Shown here in pieces: positions 18,752 to 30,614 of a stretch of 64,000 nt of DNA. The notes beneath the pieces were generated by a model. The model made no database searches and was not told the DNA's origin. It saw nothing but the letters and a program-made list of their open reading frames with translations. Position 1 is the stretch's first letter. The number at the start of each line of letters is the position of its first letter. The translations under genes and the position numbers were made by a program. Source of the stretch: a virus (lineage: Duplodnaviria > Heunggongvirae > Uroviricota > Caudoviricetes); the IMG/VR virus record IMGVR_UViG_2850796239_000011, positions 29,227 to 93,226 of that record; one strand, written 5' to 3'.

Positions 18752-19984
18752 CTAGAGTTTCACACTGATATCCGACACATCCAGAACCGGAATCTCATCT
18801 ATCCCGAAAGTGACAGCCGTTGTCCATGACGAACCGTCACGGCTCACAGTAAGGCCCAGAATATCAATATGTTCCGGATCGGTTTTGTAAATGCCGGCAT
18901 AGTAGCGCCCGGCAGAGACAACAGAGGCAACCCTTGCCCGCAGACCACCATCTGTACCATTAAATGCGTCCAGCACGGATTGCTGTACCTGTCGGGTAAT
19001 ATCTGAAGGCAGGTAGTCACTTTTTTTCAGCGTCACACTGACATGCAGACTGACGGGTTTGAGTGTCTGCCAGCTGATCACGTATTCAGGATACGGCGGA
19101 TCGTACTCCTTATCTGCAACAGTGAACGTTGTGTTGCCATTCATATCAATACCCGGCGGAGCCTTACGCCAGATGGCCGCCGCGATATCTGCCGGGCTGC
19201 CGCCGTACACGCCAACATAAAGCGAACCGGGTGTTAATGGATACTGACTGACTCCGGCTTTTTGTTCTGTTTTTTTCGGATTATGGGTGACGTAAACATC
19301 CACCACGTTTTCTACCGTGGAGAGTATTTCACCCCGGATGGCTTCCAGAATATTCCGGGCATTACGGGCAACTGAATTACGTCGGCGGTTTTCAAAGTCC
19401 GCACGGGTTTCCTCATCGCTGCCCGGCACACCGGCACTGGCGTTAGTGACACCTGACCAGCCAGGTATTGCCTTATAAATTTTATTCAGCGTCCCCACAG
19501 GACAGCCGACGGGGCCGGTGGACAAATTCAGAAATACCGCATCAACCTGCCCTGATGCGCCGATAGTGACGTCTGACTGACTGACATACTTATAACCGGC
19601 CTCATCCTGCGCCATACTGCCCGCCGGGATCAGCGTGCCAACCAGCCCGGTACAGGTCGCTGTTACTGTCGTACCTGTGGCCCCGCGGCGCTCCAGGAAA
19701 TAAATCCTGCCTATTGCATCCTGAAAGCGACCACTGGAAAAGTCAGGGTTGATCTGGTTAACGATATACAGCAACTGGTCGTTTTTATCCGCAATAATGG
19801 CGCTTTCGCTGGATGCAAGTTGTCCCTGCGGACTGCTCAGACTGGTACTCATGGCCCCGCCCAGCGCCGCCGAAAAATCAGCAAGCCTGCCGCTCAGAAT
19901 ATCCGCTTCATCCGGCACATTCAGCCCGCGATCCGAAATCTGTACAGCGGGCACTGCGGTAGAAAAAGATTTATTTTCACTCAT
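18752..19984 (-). CDS. Baseplate J-like protein (Mu gp47 family)
   Basis: 410 aa; gene order sheath-tube-tape measure-baseplate. Confidence 0.7.
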   Translation of the reverse strand: MSENKSFSTAVPAVQISDRGLNVPDEADILSGRLADFSAALGGAMSTSLSSPQGQLASSESAIIADKNDQLLYIVNQINPDFSSGRFQDAIGRIYFLERRGATGTTVTATCTGLVGTLIPAGSMAQDEAGYKYVSQSDVTIGASGQVDAVFLNLSTGPVGCPVGTLNKIYKAIPGWSGVTNASAGVPGSDEETRADFENRRRNSVARNARNILEAIRGEILSTVENVVDVYVTHNPKKTEQKAGVSQYPLTPGSLYVGVYGGSPADIAAAIWRKAPPGIDMNGNTTFTVADKEYDPPYPEYVISWQTLKPVSLHVSVTLKKSDYLPSDITRQVQQSVLDAFNGTDGGLRARVASVVSAGRYYAGIYKTDPEHIDILGLTVSRDGSSWTTAVTFGIDEIPVLDVSDISVKL

Positions 19985-20337
19985 AGCAATACCGTAAAAA
20001 TGTCATTATTGGTATCTGTAATACGCAGCACACCTGTTACTGTCCGGGTTTGATCAGCTGTGACCTGGCAGACAGCGGCGCTCACGGTCGGCAGTTTAAG
20101 TGCTTCCTGTTGCAGAGTGGCATTCACCAGTTGTGTGCCGGGCCAGTGTCCGAGGATGCGTGGCCAGTAAGGTATGCCAGCCGTTGAGTCGTACCAGCAC
20201 TCCCCCAGAAAAGTACTGCACGCACACGCCACATCCTGAGCTACCGCATGGGGATTATCAGTAATGGCAAGATTTCCGGTATCATCAAGCAGGATATCCC
20301 ATGTCCCGGTGTCAAGAAGAAGTGATCGTGACTGCAT
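19981..20337 (-). CDS. Baseplate protein (Mu gp46-like)
   Basis: 118 aa, overlaps neighbours. Confidence 0.6.
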   Translation of the reverse strand: MQSRSLLLDTGTWDILLDDTGNLAITDNPHAVAQDVACACSTFLGECWYDSTAGIPYWPRILGHWPGTQLVNATLQQEALKLPTVSAAVCQVTADQTRTVTGVLRITDTNNDIFTVLL

Positions 20338-20349
20338 GTTTTCTCCTGT

Positions 20350-21027
20350 TTACCGGGGTCCCTGCGTGGTTGAGCCGCCGGACTCAACGCCGCCGTGAAC
20401 GTGGTTTCCAAAATCAATACCCCCGATGTTCGAACCGCCGGAAAGCCTGGACTGCCCGGTAACGTCAAGCCCCTTACTGACGGCGGTATCGCCGTTCAGC
20501 GCAATTTGTGGTGAATTAACGGTGAAGCTTTTCGGCGCATTAATCACACCCTCAGGCGCGGATATCTCCACTTTCCAGGGAGATACAATCCGTATCTGGT
20601 TGTCATCAAATACCACAAACTGGACGGGATCACCGTTGAGCACGCCACCCAGCCAGATGGCATCAGCATAATTATGGGTACGCTTTGATCCCGGCATCGC
20701 AGCCTGACGCGTGGCTTTTACCGCACTGATATCCCGATCGCAGATGGCAAGAAAACCGATATCCCCCACATGTGGCGGCATAATCACCGCATTACCGCCC
20801 CCCTGTAGTCGCCATACGGGAATGTTATAAATCACCTCATGTTCAACCGGGGAACCGTCTGCTGCAACGCCCATTACCATCGGTCGGGCCTCAATAAATC
20901 CCTCTTCCACGGCTACCACCCGTCCCAGAGTGATAAACGCATGACGTCCGAGAAACTGCCGCAGCATAAAGTCCTGTGCATTGATTTCGCTGTTCACGTC
21001 TGTCGGGTTACTGAGTGGTTGTGCCAT
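20350..21027 (-). CDS. Baseplate assembly protein V-like (spike)
   Basis: 225 aa; Gly-rich C-terminus. Confidence 0.6.
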   Translation of the reverse strand: MAQPLSNPTDVNSEINAQDFMLRQFLGRHAFITLGRVVAVEEGFIEARPMVMGVAADGSPVEHEVIYNIPVWRLQGGGNAVIMPPHVGDIGFLAICDRDISAVKATRQAAMPGSKRTHNYADAIWLGGVLNGDPVQFVVFDDNQIRIVSPWKVEISAPEGVINAPKSFTVNSPQIALNGDTAVSKGLDVTGQSRLSGGSNIGGIDFGNHVHGGVESGGSTTQGPR

Positions 21028-21877
21028 TTTCTTCAGCCCTCATCATGGTACAGTTGGAACTCCACGGACCGCCCACGGTTCGCGAAGTAATGGTGTGTAT
21101 CACCCCTGTGATCGTATAATCGCCCGTCATATCAGGCAGTGACGATTCCAGATGCGCTGGCCTGCCAGTAAAGAGATCGGGGCAGAATATCGTGGTGGCG
21201 CTGAGTCCGGTCATGGTGTAAACCGGATAGCCAGTCAGTCCGTGATCCGGCGAAATCAGTACCGGCGGAATATTCCGGTTCTGCCCTTTCGGCCAGATGG
21301 TGACTTTCTCCACATTCCCCAGATCAATGTTAATATCGGCGGCTGAAGCGACATCCAGCATTTGTTGTACAACATTACCGGAAAAATGCGGGTCAGACAG
21401 ACTGCGGCTGACCCCCTGGTTTTCAAATCCAAGCCCGACAGTTGACGCCAGCGCACGGATAATATCTGCAACCGCAACATCGCCCTTTGCGCTGAAATCT
21501 GCCGCCGGCTGATTACGCAGATTAAAATGAATCTGTCCTGTCAGAATGAGCGGAATATCCGGCGCCTGGTTGTAGTCGGCGTATGCATCAGTAATATCAC
21601 CTTCAAAAATAAGCCGCCCGTCGGCCCACAGCCGCATTTTATTTGCGGTACTCTGCTCCTGTCGCCACACACCGCGCCAGCTTAAATTCGTCATATGCGC
21701 CGGTGACATTCCCCAGATATACAGCGTGATTTGTGTACCAGCCACCCCTCCATATACGCCAATACTGGCAAAACAGCTTGCGTCGGTAATGGTCAGCATA
21801 TTGCCCTGGCCATTACCAAACGTTCGTCCGTCTGAAAGAGTGAACTCCACCGTTATTTTACGTTGTCTGTAGCTCAT
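21008..21877 (-). CDS. Baseplate hub/tail protein
   Basis: 289 aa, position. Confidence 0.5.
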   Translation of the reverse strand: MSYRQRKITVEFTLSDGRTFGNGQGNMLTITDASCFASIGVYGGVAGTQITLYIWGMSPAHMTNLSWRGVWRQEQSTANKMRLWADGRLIFEGDITDAYADYNQAPDIPLILTGQIHFNLRNQPAADFSAKGDVAVADIIRALASTVGLGFENQGVSRSLSDPHFSGNVVQQMLDVASAADINIDLGNVEKVTIWPKGQNRNIPPVLISPDHGLTGYPVYTMTGLSATTIFCPDLFTGRPAHLESSLPDMTGDYTITGVIHTITSRTVGGPWSSNCTMMRAEENGTTTQ

Positions 21878-22176
21878 ATCAGTTCCTCAGGTAACAGCCA
21901 GTAGAGCCGGTACCGGGATCCGAGCCCCCGCCAGTCAGGGTCACTATTCCCCTCCGTGTCGGTAAAAAACAGGTCCCCCTGAAACGGCAGGTATCCGTAC
22001 CGGACAATCCGGTTATTATTCAGACACAGCACGCCATACAGGCACGGTTCACCATTAACAATGATATCGATATACATCCCCGTAGTACGCTGATTCAGGC
22101 GAATGGTGCAGACCTGAGCGCCCAGTGTCACCGTAAACTGCTGGGCTTTAACGGGAGATAAAACAATTTCCAGCAT
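21874..22176 (-). CDS. Hypothetical tail protein (100 aa)
   Basis: Operon position. Confidence 0.4.
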   Translation of the reverse strand: MLEIVLSPVKAQQFTVTLGAQVCTIRLNQRTTGMYIDIIVNGEPCLYGVLCLNNNRIVRYGYLPFQGDLFFTDTEGNSDPDWRGLGSRYRLYWLLPEELI

Positions 22177-22886
22177 CAGGTGATCCCCCTGTTCGTGGCG
22201 CTTCGTCTGTCAGCGTCTGACGGTTGTGTCACCGACGCCGTAACTGACTGCGTTTTAACCGATGCGGCCCCTTTTGCTTTATCGTTGTCCGTGGGAGACG
22301 ACTTATCCGTACTTCCCACTGACACCTCTCCTGTATTCATTACGGTCTGAAATACCGCAGTAACCGTCAGTAAGGTCGGACCATTATTACTTCGCATTCG
22401 GTAGTCATATTTCACAAGGTCGCAGGATGTCCATGTCTTGTCCGGCGTCTCAATATCGTAGAGTCCTGCCGTGGTACGCATCCTTTCAAGCGTTTCCAGC
22501 ACATTCGTCCGCGAGGTGGTGGAAAAATTTGTCAGGTTCGGGACGGATCCGGAAAAGGCCGTCCACCCCTCTACAGTGAAAGTCACATGCAGTTCCGGCG
22601 ATCTCTGGATTTTATTAAAGGTGGTATAAGCCCCCTGCTCCACGGGGACGGTGGAAACAGAAGCCTCCGCGCCCACCTCAACGACAACAAAAGAATCCGG
22701 GGAGAAAGGTTTGCCACCCTTCTGATGGGCACCTGCCGGATCATTCCGTGCGTAATAAATACCGAATGACGGTGCCAGTACACTGTTAATGAGTCCCAGG
22801 ACACCGCCGCCACGAACTGCACTCAGTACGTTACTTTCACTGAGCGAAAAGTTATTCAGGGAAATATTATCGAAAGAAAAACTCAT
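22176..22886 (-). CDS. Tail protein (236 aa)
   Basis: Operon position downstream of tape measure. Confidence 0.5.
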   Translation of the reverse strand: MSFSFDNISLNNFSLSESNVLSAVRGGGVLGLINSVLAPSFGIYYARNDPAGAHQKGGKPFSPDSFVVVEVGAEASVSTVPVEQGAYTTFNKIQRSPELHVTFTVEGWTAFSGSVPNLTNFSTTSRTNVLETLERMRTTAGLYDIETPDKTWTSCDLVKYDYRMRSNNGPTLLTVTAVFQTVMNTGEVSVGSTDKSSPTDNDKAKGAASVKTQSVTASVTQPSDADRRSATNRGIT

Positions 22887-24373
22887 CCTGTTACCCCGCT
22901 GGAATAAACCGACACAAGCGCCGAATTCGTGATACGCCGACGTGCGTCATCGGTAATACCCTTCACATTGTCCGACGTTGTGGTGACATTCAGTGTCCCG
23001 ATATGCGTGGTTTCCGTTACGGTGGACTGCGATACAGGCGCAGGATGGCGCGACCGTATGGCCATTGCCGCACCCGGATAAGGCAGGTTCGCCAGCACCC
23101 GCGGAATATAGTTGCGGGTCTCCTCCGGAGCAGCAGCCAGTCCCTTACGCTGAACATTTCCCTCTCCCCAGTTATATGCCGCCAGAGCCTTAGCCAGATC
23201 GCCATGAAAAAAACGTATCAGGCCACCAAGTTTTCTCGCGGCGGCATCAGCGGCTTTTTCGGGATCAAAGGCATCGTTCCCCTCAGACCAAATTCACTGG
23301 CCGTCTTCGGCATGAACTGAAACAGTCCCATCGCACCAGCAGGTGAGACGGCAAACTGATTACCACGGGATTCGGTGATCGCAACGCTGCGCAGCAGTCC
23401 GGGCGGCAGGTTATATTTTTCCTCCAGTTGAGACAGTTTCGGTTGCAGCCAGCCTAACAGGGCTTCCCCGGTCTTCGTCGGTCGCTGGCGGTTTTGCATG
23501 GCATTACCGAGTTTTTCCTGCGTCGCACGCATACCCTGTAGCCAGGATTCACCGAAGGCTGCTTCCCTCCCGGTTGCCTGAGAAGCCTGAGTATCCAGCA
23601 TGCCCTGCTGCCATACTGTGGGTGATTGTGCCCGGGTGATGTTGCCAGGCTTTTCTCCGGCATCCAGTTTTGTCTGATACGTCTCCATCTCTTTCTTATT
23701 GAAAAAGAAAGTCCCGTCTGAAGCCCAGAAAAAACCATGTGAATCCAGCCAGTCCTTATTTTCCCTGCCAACAATGGATGTCAGTAATCCGTCAACAACC
23801 GGGTAAAGCGCCGTTATCGCAAAAAGAAGGCCTCCGGGGCCACTGAGGGCTTTTGTCAGCCCCCCGCACCCATGACGCCACTTTCAGCCCGATCAGCGTA
23901 ATAATGGCATTCTGCCAGCCCCCCAGTTCTCCGGCAGCCTTATTCGCCAGGGAGGCCACTGACTCAACGTCATTCAGAAATGTGGTGATAAACCTGTTCA
24001 CTTCCTCCGGATGTTGCTGCATCCAGTCACCGAGTGTCTCCAGCCAGTGGCTGAGCTTCAGCGCGTACGGCATCAACGCGGTGCTAATCGTCATCCCGAT
24101 GCCGGACCAGGTCTGATCGAGCTCAACAAGCTCTTTTCGTAGCTTACGGGCCAGCGCTATACGCCCCGGCGTAACCTGCGAACGGGAAGTAAATTCGTCC
24201 ACATCTTTCAGCGCATGACCGGAGCCAAGAAACTGCTGTCCGGCATAACTGAAGCCCAGCGCGTTGCCGTAGGCAGTTTGTTCGGACTTTGTCAGTCGCG
24301 GAAAAATAACCGCCAGCTTGCGCATGATGGCTTCAGTGCTGTCAGTATTTAAATCAACACTAGGCTGTGTCCC

Positions 24374-24889
24374 TTAATTACGTAAGCGTTGATAAAAGAG
24401 TCGGATGCAGCCCAGTTTCACCATCGCCAGGTAATTTCTCGCCGTTTTGTCGTAACGCGTGGCGATGCGGCGATATTCTTTCAGCCGCCCAAAGCACCGT
24501 TCAACGACATTACGATTGCGGTACGCATCACGATCAAGCTGTGCACGTCCATCCGATGCCATTTTCTCATTTGACTTTCGGGGGATTACTGCCTTTATAC
24601 CGTTATTTTTCAGCTCGTTGCGCAATGCGCGCCCTGAATACGCTTTATCAGCCAGTACCGCATGTCCACGGCGTTTCATGCTGCCGTTCTGACGCTGAAC
24701 GCCAATCCCGTCCAGAAGTCGTTGCGCGAACTGGCTTTCATGAGCTTGTCCGGGGCTTAGCACGATATTTAACGGGAGGCCACTTCCGTCTGTTGCCAGA
24801 TGGATTTTGGTGCCAAAACCGCCGCGAGAGCGACCCAGCCCATTATCTCCGTCGATATCGGGATGTTTTTTTGAGCACCGGCGGCACAT
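24374..24889 (-). CDS. IS5-family transposase OrfB (DDE part)
   Basis: Downstream overlapping frame; intact in this copy. Confidence 0.7.
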   Translation of the reverse strand: MCRRCSKKHPDIDGDNGLGRSRGGFGTKIHLATDGSGLPLNIVLSPGQAHESQFAQRLLDGIGVQRQNGSMKRRGHAVLADKAYSGRALRNELKNNGIKAVIPRKSNEKMASDGRAQLDRDAYRNRNVVERCFGRLKEYRRIATRYDKTARNYLAMVKLGCIRLFYQRLRN

Positions 24890-25218
24890 TTCAGCGCCCG
24901 GATATTACTGCCATCCAGCGCGGTGGCAGACCAGTCAATAAAGCCGTTTGCATCAAGTAGCGAAAGCAACCTGTTGAAAATAATATTAATCACGCCTGAC
25001 TTTGACCATCGGTTAAAGCGGTTATAAACAGTTTTCCATGACCCATATCGTTCGGGTAAATCGCGCCATGGTGCACCGGAACATAACACCCAGAACATGC
25101 CATTGATGATTTTACGGTGCTCAGCCCATGGGCGTCCGGCCCGTGGTGTGGCGGGTTCAGGAGGTAACAGGGGCTTGATGATGGTCCATGCCTCATCGGG
25201 AAGGTCGTAGCGAGCCAT
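24769..25218 (-). CDS. IS5-family transposase OrfA
   Basis: LPDEAW...GRP...WRDLPERYGSWKTVYNRFNRW motif. Confidence 0.8.
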   Translation of the reverse strand: MARYDLPDEAWTIIKPLLPPEPATPRAGRPWAEHRKIINGMFWVLCSGAPWRDLPERYGSWKTVYNRFNRWSKSGVINIIFNRLLSLLDANGFIDWSATALDGSNIRALKCAAGAQKNIPISTEIMGWVALAAVLAPKSIWQQTEVASR

Positions 25219-26029
25219 AGTTCAATATGTTGTGTAAACAGACAGTTACTATAGCTCAGATGATTAAGGGACACAGCCTAATGCCCGCCCTGGCTGCAAC
25301 CTGAAACAAATCCTGTAACACAGGATCAAAGGACCTTCCGGCTCTGAAGGCCGCTTTTGCATTTGCAAGCCGGGAAAATGCCCCAGACATTTCCCCTTCA
25401 TCAACATTATTTGCCCGCGCAGCCCGTAACCATCCGTCCAGATTTCTGGCCTTCATGCCAAAAGCATCAGATTCCACGGACAGACGGTTCAGATCACGGG
25501 CAAAACCTGTTACCAGGTTCTTCAGCCCCCCCAGCGTCAGACTGACACCCGCAAGAGCCAGAATCTCGCTACGGATCCCTGAAAAAAAACGGGACGCCCG
25601 TTTCCCGGCATCTTCCATTCGACGGGCCGTTTTATCAGCATCTTTTCCGGTTTTTTCCAGTGATTCACTGGTTTTCTTCTGTCCCTGACTGAATGTGTCA
25701 GCGACACCTTCCATCACCGTCGTGAGCCGGTTAAGGGCAGCATGTACTGCCTGTTCCCCGGCAGTAAAGTCCCTGTCATCAATCCCGAGGGACAGAACAA
25801 GCTCATCAAGTACCTGCGCCATTTCTGTTCTCCTGTATCACCTGTTCGTTATGGGCATCCACATGAATTATTTCCAGCAGATCCCATAAGTCCTGCACAC
25901 CAAGGACAGAATCCAGTTCAGCTTTTGAAGCCTTACCGGAGGAGATAACGGTCGCAATGGTACGGGGAACATTAACGTAATCCACCACCCCGAACGGTCT
26001 GTCGGGGTCGAGATAACGCGGGGGGATAT

Positions 26030-26434
26030 CTAGCTGACGACGGTAGCGAAAAAATCCACATGCAGCTTAAAGACCTCCGCACGCAGATTAAGACGGGTAA
26101 TGATTTCTTCAATATCCTCTTCAACAAGCGGTCTCCGGATGCTGCGTTTTTTCGGATCGGGAACAAACTGCACACAGTCCATCATTTCATCCATCAACGG
26201 ACGCGCCTCATCAGGCGGAATTTTCGATAATGCTTTCAGCCCTTCAAGGGCAAGCGCAGCCATCCCCAGACTACGAACATCATCCGGTAACTCCACGCCA
26301 CCACGCCCCATTGCCATAATGGCACGCATCGCCCACCATTCCGCCTGTAAGGCAGACATTTCGGTAAGATGAAATACCTTGCCCTTATCCCGTCCCTGAC
26401 CTTCAATAGTGATAAATTTCTCTTTACGGGCCAT
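26030..26434 (-). CDS. Putative tail assembly chaperone
   Basis: 134 aa between tube and tape measure. Confidence 0.45.
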   Translation of the reverse strand: MARKEKFITIEGQGRDKGKVFHLTEMSALQAEWWAMRAIMAMGRGGVELPDDVRSLGMAALALEGLKALSKIPPDEARPLMDEMMDCVQFVPDPKKRSIRRPLVEEDIEEIITRLNLRAEVFKLHVDFFATVVS

Positions 26435-26880
26435 CAGTTAAAAACCTCCGGAGTAATGGTTTCCCACTCAATAACCGCCTGCCCTGGCTGCAACGTACGA
26501 GCTGCATCAGGCAGCGCTTTCCATTGTTTGAGTACGCCATTCACGCAGGTATATTTACGGCCAATCGCCGGAAGCAGGACGACAGCGTTACAACGGAATA
26601 CAGCCCGACTGGCCCGGGATGTGGTTGACCAGGTATCAAAAATATCCCGGCTGGGGGAATCCGGCATGATATGAAACGTCTGGATAATGTTGCTGTACAC
26701 AAATCCCGCGGACAGTTTACCGTCAATACCGCGGGCAGTTTCCGCCAGTACCAGTGGATCGGTGCCATAAACGTTATCTGTTGCAAATCCCTGAAGTCGT
26801 ACGCCGGAGGGATACAGATTATTCACTGTCAGCGTGATAATGGCATCCGCCGCAGTGATGGTGTTGTTGTTACCCGACAT
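26434..26880 (-). CDS. Tail tube protein
   Basis: 148 aa immediately downstream of sheath. Confidence 0.6.
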   Translation of the reverse strand: MSGNNNTITAADAIITLTVNNLYPSGVRLQGFATDNVYGTDPLVLAETARGIDGKLSAGFVYSNIIQTFHIMPDSPSRDIFDTWSTTSRASRAVFRCNAVVLLPAIGRKYTCVNGVLKQWKALPDAARTLQPGQAVIEWETITPEVFN

Positions 26881-28365
26881 TTACTGGACCTCCGTGGATG
26901 CAATAACAAGTTTCTGGATACTACCGCCGTCACAGTACCAGAGCGTACAGGACGGACTGCTACGGGTTGCCCGCAAAGAGGGAAGCATATCGCCGATATA
27001 CAGGTAATAGCCGGTGGCAAACAACGTTGAAGAAACATCTGCCCCCACAACATTGTTAATCTGTTTCTTCTGCGCCTCCGTCAGTGTCACCCCTTCACGG
27101 ATCCCTCCCCAGCGTTTGTACTGCTGGATAACGTCACTCATTGACGCTGCAACCAGCGCCCGCCCTTCATTGTTGTAGGGGATCGTCTGGTTTGACTTGA
27201 ATAACGCGATCACCGCCCCCTGCAAACTGGCATTCAGCCAGATTTGCCCGCAGAAACTGTCCAGCCATTTAAAATCACCGGTAATAGTGCCATCCGCCCA
27301 GTAATCTTCCACCACACTGTTTTCCGCATATTTTCCGTAGAAATTGTAACCTGCGGCGATCAGCGCATCATAATCGCTGCCACTGGTAACATCAGCGGCC
27401 AGCCCCTCATACTCGCGGAACTTGAATGATACACGCCCCTCTGGTCGGACAAAATCAAGGCACGCTGCATACCCCAGTACCGCTGCAGCCCGGTTACCAT
27501 CAGTCGCGAAAACAGGTACAACAGAGCTGTAGTTATTGACAGCAATTATCTGGTAAGCGATGTGTTTAGTACTGCCTTTTACTCTGGCGTTGCCGCTGGT
27601 TGTCCATGCCACATAAAAGTAACGCTTGCCCTGCCCGTTTGCCCATGCAGAAAACGCCAGGTGTTGCTCGTCAGTGACCTCAGATACCGTGGAAAAACCC
27701 GCCCATTGCTGGGAAGCGGCCTTAATGGCTGCCATTGTGTCAGGGACATCAGATACAGGCGCGCCCCGGGATATCACCGCACCGGTGTTACTGGTCATCT
27801 TCAGGAGTTCTGCTGCCGATCCACTGCCGAACGTTATCGTGGTACTCCCGGGTTTCGCACCGGCGACAGTAATGACAAAAGCATTCTGTGTGGTATCGAA
27901 TACCACTGTAGCCACTGCTGCGGTCAGCGCTGTCTGTAGTGCCGTTGCAGCAGCGGCGAAGCTGGCGACACCGTTAAAATTCACTTCAATGCTGACGCTT
28001 TTCCCGTTAATACTCAGCATCAGCGTGCCGGAAAGTTTTTGTAGCTGTTCAACAGTCGCGCCCTTAAACGAACCGCTACGTAACCAGGCCGCCGATGGGG
28101 CAGGACTGAAACGGGAAAACAACAATTGCCCCGGCGTCCTGGTGGCATTTTTGAAGCCCTGGAAATAAAGCTGAGCGCGTGCGTACTCATCGGATAATGC
28201 ACCAAAATACGCGGCCACATCATCCGGAGAGGAAAACGGAACCACAGTGCCGACCGGAAGTAACGGATTACTGGTCAACAGCAGGCCGTTAAGATCAACG
28301 GCATTACCCGCCACAGCCAGCACACCGGGATTTATCTGTACATCTTTACTGAGTGGAATTGGCAT
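26881..28365 (-). CDS. Tail sheath protein
   Basis: 494 aa, position and size. Confidence 0.75.
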   Translation of the reverse strand: MPIPLSKDVQINPGVLAVAGNAVDLNGLLLTSNPLLPVGTVVPFSSPDDVAAYFGALSDEYARAQLYFQGFKNATRTPGQLLFSRFSPAPSAAWLRSGSFKGATVEQLQKLSGTLMLSINGKSVSIEVNFNGVASFAAAATALQTALTAAVATVVFDTTQNAFVITVAGAKPGSTTITFGSGSAAELLKMTSNTGAVISRGAPVSDVPDTMAAIKAASQQWAGFSTVSEVTDEQHLAFSAWANGQGKRYFYVAWTTSGNARVKGSTKHIAYQIIAVNNYSSVVPVFATDGNRAAAVLGYAACLDFVRPEGRVSFKFREYEGLAADVTSGSDYDALIAAGYNFYGKYAENSVVEDYWADGTITGDFKWLDSFCGQIWLNASLQGAVIALFKSNQTIPYNNEGRALVAASMSDVIQQYKRWGGIREGVTLTEAQKKQINNVVGADVSSTLFATGYYLYIGDMLPSLRATRSSPSCTLWYCDGGSIQKLVIASTEVQ

Positions 28366-28891
28366 TATCAGCCTCCGTTGTCCGGGTGATCACGTTGTCA
28401 AAAAACATCAGGGAAGTTGTGACCACAGGGTTAATCTGCATCTGAATATCAAGCGTCCAGCGCGGTTCATACTGTTGCTGACCGTTGGGGAATGTGGTGT
28501 TAAAGGGCTCTGAGCAATACAGCGGGGAAATCAGCCCACCGCCCTGCCGGAAAAGCCGTACGGAAAATTCAGACCGGAAAAGCGTTGCCAGCACCTGCGC
28601 GTTATCTGCCGCGTGAGGGCCGTAGAAATCAAGCTGGCAACGCCATTTTGTGGTACGGGTGATATGCTGAGAGCCCTCACCAGCCTGCGCTGGCGCAGAA
28701 TATGCCACTACCGCAGTGGATAATCCGGTAACATCAATGCCCGTCATGGTGATGAAATTCCCCTGAGGCATCGGGACCTGGTTCTGCTGCGTTCGTTCAA
28801 TCCCGGCATCAGAAAAAAGCCCCCGGAGATAATCACCGAGGGCCTGATAAAGAGCGCTTTCCGTAACGGAGAGGGTCACACCTGAAGGCAT
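28346..28891 (-). CDS. Hypothetical tail protein
   Basis: 181 aa. Confidence 0.45.
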   Translation of the reverse strand: MPSGVTLSVTESALYQALGDYLRGLFSDAGIERTQQNQVPMPQGNFITMTGIDVTGLSTAVVAYSAPAQAGEGSQHITRTTKWRCQLDFYGPHAADNAQVLATLFRSEFSVRLFRQGGGLISPLYCSEPFNTTFPNGQQQYEPRWTLDIQMQINPVVTTSLMFFDNVITRTTEADNANSTQ

Positions 28892-29241
28892 ACAATAACC
28901 CTCGTCCAGTCAGGCCAGATTTCCGGTACCTCAATCACCAGCCACGTTTCATCGCCAATAACAAATTTATCGCCTCCCTGTTGCCGGGCACGGTTAAGCC
29001 CGCACCAGTTACCATCGGTATACAATGTGGCGAAAACTCCCTGCTGGTTAAGATTATCAAGATGACGTAAATCAGCCTGGGTGACAGCCTGCTTTTGCAC
29101 CCTGACGGAAACCGGATCTTCATACTCAGGTACGCGGGAATAATCTGCCTGCTGTGTACTCCCGCGGGAACGATAAACCAGCGCGTCTGTAAAGGGATTT
29201 ACCCGACGTACTGCGCCGGAAACAATACCGTGAAAGTTCAT
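28876..29241 (-). CDS. Hypothetical head-tail protein
   Basis: 121 aa. Confidence 0.45.
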   Translation of the reverse strand: MNFHGIVSGAVRRVNPFTDALVYRSRGSTQQADYSRVPEYEDPVSVRVQKQAVTQADLRHLDNLNQQGVFATLYTDGNWCGLNRARQQGGDKFVIGDETWLVIEVPEIWPDWTRVIVCLQV

Positions 29242-29822
29242 TTTTTGCCCCCGTCTACAGAATAATCAACGCTGTCCATCATATGTCCGGTTTCAATAAG
29301 CGGGTTGTTAAAACCCTTTTGCCGGGCAGTGGATGCAGCGTTGGGCGGACTTTCCCAGTCGCGAACAGACATCTGCAACTGCCCTTTGATATGTTCTCCC
29401 ATACACACCAGAGCGGTCGCAGTATCAAAATCATTCGCCCGTAATAAGGTCGCCATTTTTTCGCCCCATTCGGGACTTTTATGTTCGATCATCTTACGGA
29501 AGAACGGACGGGGGGGAATGGTGACCGTGTGCTCAGGAATAACCACATCCTGAACAAAATTCCCTTTACCGGCTTTGACAAAGCGGTGCCCGGTTTCTCC
29601 CGTTTTTTCGTTATAGCGAAAGTGGAGCGTCTGCTCACGGGCGGGTATGACCGCTCTTCCACCAAACTCCTGAACTGCGGCAATATAAGCCACTGACGTA
29701 CCGTCAGGGTAAGTTGCTCCCTCAAGAAAACCCACTTTGAGTTTTTTACCCAATGAAAGGTTCGCGGCAACCTGTTTCAGCTTCTGCCGGAACTGTTTGC
29801 CACCTGTGACTTTATTTACCAT
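29238..29822 (-). CDS. Virion morphogenesis/tail completion protein
   Basis: Start reassigned to MVNKVTGG; upstream part of track ORF is out-of-frame overlap. Confidence 0.5.
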   Translation of the reverse strand: MVNKVTGGKQFRQKLKQVAANLSLGKKLKVGFLEGATYPDGTSVAYIAAVQEFGGRAVIPAREQTLHFRYNEKTGETGHRFVKAGKGNFVQDVVIPEHTVTIPPRPFFRKMIEHKSPEWGEKMATLLRANDFDTATALVCMGEHIKGQLQMSVRDWESPPNAASTARQKGFNNPLIETGHMMDSVDYSVDGGKK

Positions 29823-30270
29823 CGACGCCCCTCCCGTATCCCCGGTAATAATGCCCCGGATATCGCGAAGGTGACCCCCCGGAATGATACTGCATTGAGC
29901 GGTATGGCGCTGTCGCCTGCCAGTAGTCAGCACCCCAGGGGGTCTGGAGATACCACCACGACGCATCATTACTGCCGCTATTATCCACCGATACCGATAC
30001 AGAACCTTCCGACGCACTGGTGATACGCCCCACCAGACCAGCCTGCCCGTCTCTCCCGTTTCCCAGCCCCCGCAATGCGCACAGATGCGCAACCAGCAGG
30101 AACAGAAGCTGTTCCCGCTCCTTCAGGTCGGTAACCGGACTGTCGTCCGTGTTATCCAGGTACAACGCGGTCGCCTGGTTAAACACCGCCGTCAGTAGCT
30201 CCGGTGTCACCGTGGAAAACTCCGGGTACAGACTGACAAACATCCGACAGTCAAACGTCACCGTACCCAT
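29812..30270 (-). CDS. Head-tail connector-like protein (DUF4054-like)
   Basis: 152 aa. Confidence 0.45.
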   Translation of the reverse strand: MGTVTFDCRMFVSLYPEFSTVTPELLTAVFNQATALYLDNTDDSPVTDLKEREQLLFLLVAHLCALRGLGNGRDGQAGLVGRITSASEGSVSVSVDNSGSNDASWWYLQTPWGADYWQATAPYRSMQYHSGGSPSRYPGHYYRGYGRGVDGK

Positions 30271-30275
30271 AGCGT

Positions 30276-30614
30276 TTACTCCTGAGGTTTACCCATCACT
30301 TCATCATTGCGGTTAACGCCCGGAGCCGGATTTTTCTGCGGCAGCGGTTCAAGGCCGGATTTAACGGCTTTCTGCTCCGTAGCCTGCGAGACTGCACTGT
30401 TCGCCTTATCCTGCGCAAAAATAACGCCATTTTTCACATAAGGTTGCTGTCCGTGCTCCGCCAGCCAGGCGTCAAAAAACACCTTATCGACCTGCGTCAG
30501 ACCATAGCCCCCACAATTTTAACCGCGTTATTCCGCCAGCCTGCCACCTGAACCCGTTTCTGACCCACTTCCAGCACCAGACCGTTCGGCAGTTTGCAGC
30601 CCACTGTTACCATT
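30276..30614 (-). pseudogene. Hypothetical head protein with frameshift at a C5 run
   Basis: Two frames join into one ~110-aa protein across 30508..30512. Confidence 0.45.

Larger units (their letters stand above)
24361..25281 (-). mobile_element. IS5-family element (IS427-group-like), copy A, ~921 bp
   Basis: Ends GGCTGTGTCCCTTAAT; flanking TA duplication; A7 slippery run between orfA and orfB. Confidence 0.8.
22883..25822 (-). pseudogene. Tail tape measure protein with C-terminal lytic transglycosylase domain; disrupted
   Basis: SLT motif ESRGNQFAVSPAGAMGLFQFMP; frame continues across the IS; homopolymer frameshifts at 23860..23865 and ~23273..23277. Confidence 0.7.

Noticed and set aside
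23454-23774. 106-aa minus-strand ORF within the tape measure region
   Set aside because: Arg-rich alternative frame of the tape measure pseudogene.
25806-25988. 60-aa ORF between chaperone-like gene and tape measure
   Set aside because: May be a frameshift extension of the tail chaperone, but no slippery site identified; left unannotated.
27626-28168. 180-aa plus-strand ORF inside the tail sheath gene (also 27562..27939)
   Set aside because: Antisense to a long, well-supported minus-strand gene.
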